Part shown: in pieces, positions 48,131 to 58,365 of the stretch
How the letters are laid out: each line of letters begins with the position of its first letter
How positions within the stretch are numbered: position 1 is the stretch's first letter
IMG/VR virus record: IMGVR_UViG_3300011271_000003
Span: 34,805-98,804 of that record
DNA: 64,000 nucleotides
Strand: one strand, 5' to 3'
Origin: a virus
Notes under the pieces: generated by a model
Seen by the model: only the letters and a program-made list of their open reading frames with translations
What the model was told of the DNA's origin: nothing
The model's database searches: none
Position numbers and translations under genes: made by a program

Positions 48131-49959
48131 GCGACGAAGATGTTGAGGTTCACGAGGAGCCTGCAGAAGGCGTAGAGTGGGACCTCAGCAAGCTGCCTCA
48201 TGTTAGTTTGGCTGAAGTCTTGCGTAACTGCGACCCTGTATCTGTTGGTACGGAGCCTGGTCATGAGTATATCGTCATGGCCCCTAGAGGCTCGGAGCCT
48301 AGTACACAGCTGTCGCTTCTTGACTTTGGCATTCCTAAGGAGAAAGGTCCTCAACGTGTCGGCATTGGTGCTGATACGGGAGCTCAGCGTCCGCATGATC
48401 GAGTGGCCCTTGAGCGTGGCGTTGGTGTCTCAAGCGACGAGGAGCTAACGTCAGAGTTGGGGTCAGCTGTTGCTAGTCCCTGGACAGCGTGGACAAGACG
48501 TGAGTACAACAATGACCTAGTAGGCTTTAAGGGTCTTCGCATTTACGATAAGATGCGAAAGTCAGATGGCACAGTCAGAGGGACGCTGCGGCTAGCTAAG
48601 ACGCCTGTACTGGCGGCTCAGTGGGGTATGAAAGCGGCTAGCGACAACGTCCGTGATAGGAACATCCGCGACTTCATTTGGTCGAATATGACGTCATGGA
48701 TGTCTATGTCCCTGCCGCAGTTCATTACCGAGTCGTTGCTCATGCTGGACTTCGGCTACTACATGTTTGAGAAGGTTTTTGAGTTCGGAGAGAACGTAAC
48801 TGCGGACCCACGGGCTAAGGGCAAGATTGTTTGGAAGAAGTTCGCTCCTAGGCATCCGATGGACGTCAAGGAGTGGTTCTTTGACATTAATGGGGGACCG
48901 CTTTCGGTTGATATGTGGGCGCCTCCCGTACAGGTAGGAGATGTCAACCCAGGAGGGGGTACGGGAGTCCCGCCTAACTTCCAGGGCGGGACTATTCAGG
49001 CGTTTCAGCGTTGGGTAAATATTCCGATCAACAAGCTGGTTGTGTTCACGTTCGACAAGGAAGCCGGCAACATCGAGGGCATTAGTATTTTGCGGTCGGC
49101 CTACAAGCACTGGTACTACAAGGACAACCTGTACAAGATCGACGCCATTCAGAAGGAGCGTCACGGTATTGGTGTTCCTGTGATTCAGTTGCCTGTCGGC
49201 TACTCAGACCAGGACAAGTTGCTAGCTGATCAACTGGGCAGGAACCTGAGAACTAACGAGCGTGCCCACGTTGTTCTGCCTCCTGCGTGGATCTTGGAGT
49301 TTGCCGAGCTGCATGGTAACCCGGTTAACTGTCTAGATTCGATTAAGCACCACGATGACATGATCCCGCAGAGCATTCTTGGCCGATTTATGAACAGCGA
49401 GAAGACGTCGATCGAGGAGCAGCACACAGTCTTCCTTAAGGCAACGCGGTTCACTGCTGACATCGTTCTGGACGTGATGAACCAGTATGCGATTCCGCAA
49501 CTGGTTCAGATGAACTGGGGTCGCTCTGTATACCCGAAGCTGTACGCTAAGCGTATCGGGGAGCAGGAAGATTGGCGTACGCAAAGCTTCACACTCAGGA
49601 ACCTAGTAGGAGCTGGCATTATCGTTCCAGACCAGCCGATGGAAGACCAGCTGCGTGACGAGATGGGCCTCCCGCCCGCAGATGTCGCAACGATGCGGGT
49701 CGTTCGGTCCCCTGCACAGGAGAACCCGCAGAAGATCCAGCCTGCACCGTCAGAGCTGCCTGGTCCAGGACACAAGCAGGATCCAGCACAGGTGCCTGGT
49801 GTACCTCCAACGCCCAACCAGCCTGGGGTTGCAGGGGCTAGCGGTTCTACACCCCAGCTGCCCCATGTAGGTTCGCCAAGGCAGAGTGCGTCTGGAGCCG
49901 TTGCTCCGTCTACAGGTAAGGGTGACAGGTCAGGGACTTCAGGAAGGCGAGGTCAGTGA
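48127..49959 (+). CDS. Portal protein (DUF935/Mu gp29-like) with Pro-rich tail
   Basis: Position after TerL; GYYMFEKV, G.SILRSAY..WYYK, ERHG.G.P, IPQLV..NW. Confidence 0.9.
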   Translation: MSDEDVEVHEEPAEGVEWDLSKLPHVSLAEVLRNCDPVSVGTEPGHEYIVMAPRGSEPSTQLSLLDFGIPKEKGPQRVGIGADTGAQRPHDRVALERGVGVSSDEELTSELGSAVASPWTAWTRREYNNDLVGFKGLRIYDKMRKSDGTVRGTLRLAKTPVLAAQWGMKAASDNVRDRNIRDFIWSNMTSWMSMSLPQFITESLLMLDFGYYMFEKVFEFGENVTADPRAKGKIVWKKFAPRHPMDVKEWFFDINGGPLSVDMWAPPVQVGDVNPGGGTGVPPNFQGGTIQAFQRWVNIPINKLVVFTFDKEAGNIEGISILRSAYKHWYYKDNLYKIDAIQKERHGIGVPVIQLPVGYSDQDKLLADQLGRNLRTNERAHVVLPPAWILEFAELHGNPVNCLDSIKHHDDMIPQSILGRFMNSEKTSIEEQHTVFLKATRFTADIVLDVMNQYAIPQLVQMNWGRSVYPKLYAKRIGEQEDWRTQSFTLRNLVGAGIIVPDQPMEDQLRDEMGLPPADVATMRVVRSPAQENPQKIQPAPSELPGPGHKQDPAQVPGVPPTPNQPGVAGASGSTPQLPHVGSPRQSASGAVAPSTGKGDRSGTSGRRGQ

Positions 49960-50216
49960 ATAGACAGCTACGCTCGCTACGAGTGCTAAGGACTCCTAGG
50001 AGTAGGCGCGCCACGGCACCTAAGGGCTTTGCACAGGTACCTGGTGTGACAGGCGCCTTCACAAGAATAGTACCAGGGGCGGTGAAGCCTACAGGGCCTA
50101 ACCTTGTAGGGCTGAGGAAGGCGGCAGCGGCAAAGAGGCGCACGCCAAAGCACAGGAATAAGCATCTTGTACATGCAAAACGTGCAAAGCTGGCGAAGCC
50201 AACGAAGCTTGGCTGA
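49956..50216 (+). CDS. Very basic small protein
   Basis: K/R-rich, no acidic residues; GTGA overlap with the portal stop. Confidence 0.55.
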   Translation: MNRQLRSLRVLRTPRSRRATAPKGFAQVPGVTGAFTRIVPGAVKPTGPNLVGLRKAAAAKRRTPKHRNKHLVHAKRAKLAKPTKLG

Positions 50217-50231
50217 GGTAGAGGAGAGAAC

Positions 50232-51043
50232 ATGAAGCGCGCGGTTGTTACTACGACTGGGCTCGCTGGGGCAGCGACGGCCGAGTTTGTCGTTGCTACG
50301 CTGCCCGGAGTCCCACTGCCTTCAGAGGCCGGTGGCGTTCTGCTGAGTCACGTCGTAGTTGACGGTTTTATCAACTACTCGACTGGTACGCTTACGACTC
50401 TCGTGACAGTTCGTGTTCGTAGGAATACGCTTACGGGCACACTAGTCGGGCCGGCGCAGGCTGTTACTGTAGCAGCGTCAACGACGTATGCGATTCCAGT
50501 CGCGGCAGACGATCCCATCGTTGCTGCAACACCGCCAGTCATTCCAGGGCAGATCTATGTAGTTACGCTTCAGCAAACTAGCACAGGTACTGCTGGGACA
50601 GTTAACTACGCGGTCGTGACAGCCACGACTAGCTAGGAGCGAACATGCTGAAGAGATCTGTTGTATCGGTGACAGGCGTTGCTAGCCCTGTCAGTACCGA
50701 GGGCCTTGTAGCGACGCTGCCGCCTGTGCCGCTTCCGAACGATCCCAGCTGTCTGCTCGTGACGCACACGCTCATCGACGGGTTCATCAACTTCACAGCG
50801 GGTGCCGGAACGACTGCTGTGATTGTCCGAGTTCGTAGGGCAAGTCTGACAGGTGCTCTCGTGGGCGTGGCGCAGACACACACGCTAGCGGCTACAGCGA
50901 TCGGTGCGATTGCGTTTTCTGCAGATGATCCGGCCTCTGCAAACCCACCTCTGGGTGCAATCTACGTAGTGACGATCCAGCAGACAGGCGGCTCCGGCGC
51001 AGGTAGTACTAACTACGCAGTCGTTACGTCAACCATTAGCTAG
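50232..51043 (+). CDS. Tandem paralogous T/A/V-rich virion-type proteins (50232-50636, 50645-51043)
   Basis: Shared VATLP.VPLP, DGFIN, VRVRR..LTG.LVG.AQ, ADDP, IYVVT.QQT and NYAVVT. Confidence 0.8.
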
Positions 51044-51051
51044 GAGGGAAT

Positions 51052-53118
51052 ATGTCAGAGGTGACACCAGTCGCCAACAAGGCACAATCAGTGCCTGTGC
51101 CGTCGGCGACGAAGGAGGAGATCCTGAAGGCTCTGAAGGGCCTAGCAGGCGATCTCAAGAGTCAGTTTACTGACTCTCGTGACGAGTTGCGGGTCGGGCA
51201 GGCACTAGCGAGTCTGGCAACCGCTTCGATGGCCATCGAGCTCCTTTACTCGACCGTGCAGGGGCGGGTAGACCTTAAGGCGATGCACGCTGAAGAGGCT
51301 AAGAGTAGCGGCCACTATGCGCTTGAGCGCAGCGCACACTCACAGCACTACGCCGCAGCCGATCTCTATGCACACGACGGGAGCTGACGATGGGCCGCTT
51401 CAGGATGACGGCCGAGTCGCAGACGGCTCAGCTTGCGGGACTCCCCGTTACTACAACGTTCAACGGTTATTTCGCTGCAGTGTGTGCCGGTGCATCTCAG
51501 AACTTCAAGCTGCGTCGTGTGTTCATTGGTGTCCGTGCTGGTGCTTCGGTACCTACGTCGCAGCAGATGACGATTCGCGCCTATCGTCAGACGGTTATTC
51601 CCGTTACTACGGGCTTTACCACTACGGTAGGTGTCAACAAGGACCCGCGTGGAAACGTCTCTACGATTGCGGGCCTACTAGTTACTACTGCAGCGACAGC
51701 GAACACCACAGGTCCGACGATCGGCGCCAATGCTCTTGACGAGTGGTCGTTCAACACTCAGATTGGCCTCGACATCCCGTACGAGTTCCTCGACGAGTTC
51801 ATCTGCGATCAGGGTACGGCGAACGGCCTTGCGTTTGTGAACTTCGGCAACGCACTTCCGTCGGCGCACCTGTTCACGATCGCAACAGACTGGGAAGAGT
51901 AGGGTTCGCAACATGGCACCTCTAAACCAGATAGCTTACGTTCTTCCTACTCAGCTGAGTGGGAATACGGATCCAGTCACGTCTGCACCCATACCCGGCC
52001 TGCTCCTTCAAGCTTCGGCACAAGTCCTTGCCTCGGACAACTCTCAGGTGCGGCCTGCCGTACTTCTATCCGTCGTCATCAACTTCAGTGACGATGTGGA
52101 AACTGTGTCTAGCCTCGTGGCAGATGCCTTCCACGAGGCTACAGCCGACGACCTGCGTGTAGATCCGAATGCCGAGGTGCTCGTCTTCCTAGGGGGGCGC
52201 GTCTTCTGATGGCAGTTCGTTGGGCTTTTCCACCATTTGAGCAGGGCTACGCTGATGGCCCGACTGCTAGTACGGCAGCTCTAGTCGATATCACGCCTGG
52301 AGCGGAGCCGTACCTGATTCCGCCAGTCTGGGAGCGGGGGATGCGGCTGCGCGTCAAAGGGCATGGCTGGTGTACGTCGGGATCAGCGACTCCGACCCTC
52401 ATCATTGGACTGTACCTCGCGGCGCCGGCAACGGTCATAGCGTCGGCTCTAGTGCTAGCAGTTACTACTGCGATGGCGCTACCTGCCTCGGTTACACAGG
52501 GGCCTTGGGAGCTGTTTTACGAGGCTGAATGCCGAGCGCTATCTACTCCCGCATCGGCTACGGCTGGCCAGCTTGCCGGGCGAGGGCATGTGTTGCCCGT
52601 GTCGTCGCTGACGGCATTTGGCACGCCACAGGCGCTACCGGCTACATATGCTGGAAGGCTTTTGTCTTTCAACTCGACTCTCCAGCAGAATCTTTTGATA
52701 GGGGCGACCCTTTCGGCCGTTACTGGATCGCCTTCTCTGGCGTGTGAACATCTCGGTGTGGAGCTTGTTGGATGACTAGAACGCCTTTGCAGCCGAATAC
52801 AGCGGGTGAGAGGATACCGCAATGTCCGTAGGATTCCCGTCTAGCAAATCTGACTTGGACTCTCGTGCCGGATCGTTGATCGTCGCTGTGCGAGATTCGT
52901 TGTACAACTGCCAGCGGTTTAGCATCTTGCTCCAGAATGACGCTCGATTCTCGGCAGCAAACTTGCTGACCCTCGGGTATGTGGCAGCAGAAGGAACCCT
53001 TCTCAAGGCTGGTTTCACTGATATGACCAGCCTGTATAACGTAGCGCACGCGAACGGGACCGTACTGGCGAATAATGACTTCTTCTTTAATGCCGGGCAG
53101 CTAACCGGCGTCGTCTGA
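51052..53118 (+). CDS. Five late hypothetical genes (51052-51387, 51390-51902, 51913-52209, 52209-52775, 52822-53118)
   Basis: Tightly packed co-oriented ORFs, some with clear SDs or stop-start overlap; mostly A/T/G/V-rich. Confidence 0.7.
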
Positions 53119-53147
53119 CCATTTCCTCTGCGTGGGGCGGTGACGCT

Positions 53148-55997
53148 GTGCCTATGCCGGTTACCGTCACCGCTTCCCAGGGTGGCAGCACGGCCAACGG
53201 GCTGCTGCTGCGCGTCAAGGTCCTGACCGGGACCGCCGCAACACAGACCGGGAATACGGACAGCAATTCCAGCAGTACCCCGTTCACCCCGGACCTGAGC
53301 CTGATTACCACGGTCACCGGATCGTACGTTTACGGGGCGCTGGCCAACGGGTCACCGGTCACGAACGGAACCGCGTTCACCGCCGCCGCCGGCAACACGG
53401 TCAACGACAGTTACGCGGACAGCACCAACGCCGAGCAGTACGGCACCTGCCGGACTACCGCCAAAACCGGCACCCCCGGCGCGACGACCGTAGGCGCCTC
53501 GCTGCCGCTGATAACCGGCGGCATCGCGTTCGCCGAGATCCTGCCCGGCGCCGGGGGCCTCTCCGAGGACCCGTCATCACCCACTGCGGCGGTCAGCACG
53601 TCCGGCACGTCTGTGTCGAGCTCGAGTTTCACCCCCCCGGACGGCGCCCTGCTCGTCGCGATGGTGTCCTCGGACGGCGGGTCCGGCGTCACCACGATGG
53701 CGCTGTCCGGCGGCGGCCTGACCTGGTCGCCGCTGGCCGAGGCGAACGGCTCCGGGAACGACTATGCAGGCGTATGGATCGCGCAGGTGCCGCCGTCCAA
53801 CCCGTTCGACCCGGTAATCACCGCGACGCAGGGCGGTTCCACCGCAGCGGGCATCGCACTGCGGATCTACGTCCTGACCCAGGCCGCCGCCACGCAGAAC
53901 GGCGGTACCAGCAATAACCAGTTCCTGAACGCGACCAGCTTCACCCAGTCCGTCACCACCACCCAGACGGGCTCGCGGGTCTACGGGGCCAGCGCGGTCT
54001 TCGGCAACAACTCCGCTACCGCCGCCGCAGCCACCACCGTTGCCGACAACATCGCGGATACCGTCAACAACGGCCGGTACGTCACGTTCAAGGCCACGGC
54101 GCTGACCGGGACGCCGGGCGCGACCACGCTGGGTTTCACGGTCGCCACATCGTCGGGGCCGTTCGCGCAGGCGGAGATCCTGTCCGCCGGGACGCTGACC
54201 GAGGATAATTCCGCGCCGCCGCCGGTCTCGGATACGGGCAACACGTTCGTGTCCTGCGCGAACTTCAGCCCGCCCGGCGGGTCGCTGCTCGTCGCGCTGG
54301 TCGCCTCGGACGGGGGCGCCGCCGTCACCACGATGACGGTCAGCGGCGGCGGTCTGACGTGGACTGAGCTGGCCAGGAACAACCCGTCTGCCGGCGACTA
54401 CGCGGGCGTGTGGATCGCGCAGGTCCCGGCTGCCGGCGGGAGTGCGCCGCAGCCAATTTCGCCGTTTATGTTTCCGCCGCTGTCTAAGGCGTTTGGGCCA
54501 TATCCGCCGTTTGAAGTTCCTCAGTCTTACCCGCCACCACCTCTGCAGCAGGCCCTAGTCGTTCTACCGCTGCCATTTAGGCCTTACCATCCGAAGTATA
54601 TGGAGCTGGCGAGGTGGCTACACGGAGACGCAGCAGGGGCTCTTCCTCCTGCTGCACCCCCGCCGGCGCTCACTCGAGCTCGGCTGCGTCCTCCTGCACT
54701 AGTTCAGGTACGTCGCAAGCTTCCTAATCTTCCACCGTCACAATTTAATCCACCTTTGCCGCTCTCCACTCCGAACAAAACACGTCGAGCTCCCTTCTTG
54801 CGTAAGGAACATAGTTTTAGTCCGGTACCGCCCCAGTTTAACCCGCCGCTACCTCCTTCGGCGCTTAGGCAGACCAGACGCATACCGCTCCTTAGGCTAG
54901 GTAAGCCTTCATCCATTACGCCTTCGCTGACCGTAGGCGCGCCCTCACTACCTCTCACTGCGCCAAACAAAACACGCAGAGCGCCCTTCTTGCGCCGAGG
55001 ACGTGCTTTCAGCCCCGTACCGTCACAATTCAATCCGCCGATAGCGCCTTCTGCACCGAACAGGACACGGCGAGCTCCATTCCTGCGTCGCGGAGCGACG
55101 GGACCTGTTGCTCCCGCTCAGGTAACGTTCGTAAATCCTCCTACGACAACGTCGGCACCTAACAGGACTAGGCGAGCTCCCTTCCTTCGAAGAGGGCGAG
55201 CCTCCAGTCCAGTACCTCCCCAGCTGAACCCCCCGCTGCCTACGCCCTTCTCGCGACCTAACCTAAGATCGCCGCTTCAGCTACGTAAGGTAAAGGACCT
55301 CAAGGCAGCAAGCCAGTTGGTCGTGCATCCAGAGCCAGTTATGGGGAGAATGCGTAAGGCGCTTCCTGTTACTCCACGTAGGTCTGTGCGCAGAGTCTCC
55401 GGTCAGCCTGTTCCTTACGCGGAACTGACATTTAGCAAGCGGAGAAGGCTACAGCTTCCAAGGTTCGGCAAGTCCTCACCGATTACTCCATCCGTAGTAG
55501 CGGCTACGCTCCCACCGTTGCCTACTATGTTCTCGCGACCGGTGAAGAAGGCACCTCTCTTGAGGCGAGGCAGGAGCTTTGCTCCAGTACCTCCCCAGGT
55601 CGTAGTTGCTCCGCCTACTCTGCCTACCATGTTCTCGCGGCCTCCTAGGAAGGCACCCTTCCTGCGGAGAGGCAAATCGTTCAGTCCTGTGCCACCACCT
55701 ACTGATACGCCTGCTCTTACGACCTTCAGGCGTCGGTCACCAGGCTTTCTACGTCGCCTTATAAGACGAGTTCTTGGCCCGCTACCGTTTGTTACTCCGC
55801 CAGCAATAGTAGGTGGGTCGGTAACCGCTTTCGACTACCTAACGCAAACTACGGCCGCTATGAACTTCAGCGTATCAGTTGGAGCATACGACAGTCTAGC
55901 GACAGCTACTGTCGTGGCTGTCGACGTGTCTGCACAATCCGTAGTGGCGACGAACACACCGGCGCAAACAGTTCAGGCCACAGATAGGATCCTGTAA
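53148..55997 (+). CDS. 949-aa mosaic virion/fibre-like protein: duplicated beta domain plus Pro/Arg repeat region
   Basis: Two ~210-aa units each starting QGGSTA.G..LR..VLT and ending DYAGVWIAQVP; ~30-aa repeats APN.TRRAPFLRRG..FSPVPPQFNPP. Confidence 0.75.
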   Translation: MPMPVTVTASQGGSTANGLLLRVKVLTGTAATQTGNTDSNSSSTPFTPDLSLITTVTGSYVYGALANGSPVTNGTAFTAAAGNTVNDSYADSTNAEQYGTCRTTAKTGTPGATTVGASLPLITGGIAFAEILPGAGGLSEDPSSPTAAVSTSGTSVSSSSFTPPDGALLVAMVSSDGGSGVTTMALSGGGLTWSPLAEANGSGNDYAGVWIAQVPPSNPFDPVITATQGGSTAAGIALRIYVLTQAAATQNGGTSNNQFLNATSFTQSVTTTQTGSRVYGASAVFGNNSATAAAATTVADNIADTVNNGRYVTFKATALTGTPGATTLGFTVATSSGPFAQAEILSAGTLTEDNSAPPPVSDTGNTFVSCANFSPPGGSLLVALVASDGGAAVTTMTVSGGGLTWTELARNNPSAGDYAGVWIAQVPAAGGSAPQPISPFMFPPLSKAFGPYPPFEVPQSYPPPPLQQALVVLPLPFRPYHPKYMELARWLHGDAAGALPPAAPPPALTRARLRPPALVQVRRKLPNLPPSQFNPPLPLSTPNKTRRAPFLRKEHSFSPVPPQFNPPLPPSALRQTRRIPLLRLGKPSSITPSLTVGAPSLPLTAPNKTRRAPFLRRGRAFSPVPSQFNPPIAPSAPNRTRRAPFLRRGATGPVAPAQVTFVNPPTTTSAPNRTRRAPFLRRGRASSPVPPQLNPPLPTPFSRPNLRSPLQLRKVKDLKAASQLVVHPEPVMGRMRKALPVTPRRSVRRVSGQPVPYAELTFSKRRRLQLPRFGKSSPITPSVVAATLPPLPTMFSRPVKKAPLLRRGRSFAPVPPQVVVAPPTLPTMFSRPPRKAPFLRRGKSFSPVPPPTDTPALTTFRRRSPGFLRRLIRRVLGPLPFVTPPAIVGGSVTAFDYLTQTTAAMNFSVSVGAYDSLATATVVAVDVSAQSVVATNTPAQTVQATDRIL

Positions 55998-56332
55998 TGG
56001 CAAACAAGTACACGGCTGGCGCACTCGTCAGAGTAGCCACCTATACCGGGACGATTGCTGCCCCTACCGGTGGCTTCCGTGATATCAATAACGCCCTGAT
56101 CGATCCCACGGCTGTAACACTCAAGTATAAGCCAGGACCTGGAGTAGCGACTATTACGGTTCTATATCCTGCAGCTCCAGTTATAAAGGATGCGGTGGGT
56201 CTGTATCACGCGGACCTTGATACGACGGGTGGAGCTACACCGCCTCTTACAGAGTGGGCGTACGAGTGGATCGGCACAGGGGTATGCCAGGCTACGGCTA
56301 AGGCCGTATTCGAAGTAGAACCAGGACTGTAG
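55997..56332 (+). CDS. Small beta-sandwich virion protein coupled to the fibre-like gene
   Basis: TAATG overlap; DPTAVTL.Y..GLYHADLD...W.YEW.GTG. Confidence 0.6.
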   Translation: MANKYTAGALVRVATYTGTIAAPTGGFRDINNALIDPTAVTLKYKPGPGVATITVLYPAAPVIKDAVGLYHADLDTTGGATPPLTEWAYEWIGTGVCQATAKAVFEVEPGL

Positions 56333-56342
56333 GAGGCTCGTA

Positions 56343-57349
56343 ATGAATGTCCTTGCGGCTGCAGCTACAACAAGCAATGCGTCTGCGGTTTTTGCGCTCC
56401 TCGCTAGCGCCGTCATCGTCCTCGGTGGTCTAGCTGCACTAATTCGCGCAATCTGGAAAACTGCGACGCTGCTCCGCGATAACACAACTGCGACACGCGC
56501 ACTGACTAGTCGCATGGACCATCTAGATAGGCTAGTGGCTGGGACTAGCAGTGCGTCTGCGGCGCAGTACGATAAACTTACCCAGCGGGTAGAAGCTCTG
56601 GAGAGGAAGATACGTCCATGAGGAGTGAACACGGCCCACAGGAGGGCTTCGTAAACACAGTTGTAGTAGCGATCATTCTGTTCATTGTAGCCGTGCTACT
56701 GGTCGCTGCGGGAACCGGGTATGCAGTACTCCAGGCGCGGCAGCAGTCTCAGGCAAAGGAGACAGAACTTCGAGCACTGTGTGCCGAGCAGCTGGATGTA
56801 GCTAACGCGGCTCCCCAGCCGAACAGCAGCAAACTCGGAGTGAGAATAATCGTAGACTTCCGCACGGCCTACGTAGGCCTAGGCTGCCCAGGCAAGCTAC
56901 CTCCGCCATCAGCAGAGCTGCTCAAGCTTGCTGCCAAGTACCACGTTCGAGTACTCAGGTAGGAAGCTATGTGGCCTTACTGGAGCCCGTGGGTGTCGCT
57001 CCTTCACGTCCTTGGCGTGTACCCCGTACCTTCCGGTGGTAGCCCCTGGTACCAGTTCTGGTCTGGCTCCGGATCAGACTTCGGCGAGTATGCGATAGTA
57101 GGCGCACTCCTAGGTACTATAGTGCACCTATACAGCACGTATAACTGCCACGACCCCGAAGGCTGGCTCCCGTGGGGCTGTTGGCGTATAGGACGACACC
57201 CTGCGGCAGGTGGACTGTTTAGGCTATGCAAGCATCACCACCCAGATCTGCAAGGCAAGGAGGTTTCAAGGGAGCTAATCCACAAGCTGCATCGCGCCCA
57301 CAAAGAGAGGACAATGACACCGACATCGCCCGGCCCTGTGGAGCCTTAG
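56343..57349 (+). CDS. Three membrane-protein genes (56343-56621 holin-like, 56618-56962, 56969-57349)
   Basis: Each has a hydrophobic TM segment; the first has TM plus coiled coil. No endolysin seen in the window. Confidence 0.55.
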
Positions 57350-57374
57350 TGGGTTCTTGACCGTGTGTTCCCAG

Positions 57375-57425
57375 GTATACCAATCCAGTGCTTTTCCTTT
57401 TGGCCATCTGGTAAAATAGATGACA
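57375..57425 (+). promoter_or_regulatory. Late promoter, copy 2 (capsid module)
   Basis: 45/51 identical to 42361-42411. Confidence 0.8.
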
Positions 57426-57442
57426 TAGTAGTCGGAGGCTTT

Positions 57443-58365
57443 ATGACATCGAGGAGCGCACCTCCTGCAGCTAACGTTGAGCTGACGGGGATTTCGGTTG
57501 CATATAATCAGACGCTCAAGCCTGCGCGGGTCAAGCTTTCCAGGAGGGGGCGGGCCGCTGCGCGGCGGAACCTGAAGCCGTTCGGTATGTCTCCGAACAG
57601 ACGACGGGTCAGGCCTTCCGATCCAAGTCAGAACAACCCTAATGACATCGGAGCCAAAATATTGCCTCAAGGACAGGGGCCGCTATAATGGCAGCGAAGA
57701 GCTCAGGAGGCGGACAGCGCAGAGCCGCTGCCGCTGGCGGCATCAAGGCAAGGGGCGGTAAGCGTCTACCTGGAGGTGGTCGCGGTCGGGCTGTTGGCGG
57801 TGGTGCGGCCGCTGGCGCGACGGGCATGCCTCGTAAGGGTGCGTTCGGGGTAGCCAGAGGCAGTTCGAGAGTTGCAGACAAGAGCCAAGGCAAATCGACG
57901 ATGCCGGTCTCAAGTGCCTCGGGATATGGTAATCAGGTTCCTGCCAAGCTAGCTGCAACGGCCCGTGAGCCAGGTCATACCTTTGCGACATCGACCATTC
58001 CTCGTGCTGATGGCATGACGCAGCTGCAGAAGCGTAAGCAGATGGCCGCAACGATGCCGAGCGACGACGACGCCGAGAACCTCTCCAGTTTGCCGTCGCG
58101 GAAGCGGCAAACTGGAGCGTCTGCTCCTGAGACGCCTGCAGACGCTGCAGAAGGTAAGAAGCCGAATCAGCTTAGTGCAGGGATGGGGTTTAAGGCTGCT
58201 GCTGCCTCGGCGGCAAAGTCGGCAGGGGTGTCACCGCAAGCCGGAGCGGCTATGGTGGCGGCTGCCTCACAGGGCGCTAGCTCGAAGGCCAAAGCTAAGA
58301 ATCCGAACCTGAAGAAGGTGCCAACGAAGGGATCGACGAGGCAGAGGGGAGGCAGCTACTCGTGA
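57443..58365 (+). CDS. Two basic low-complexity proteins (57443-57688; 57688-58365)
   Basis: GGAGG SD; A/G/K/R-rich; C-terminal AKAKNPNLKKV. Confidence 0.7.
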
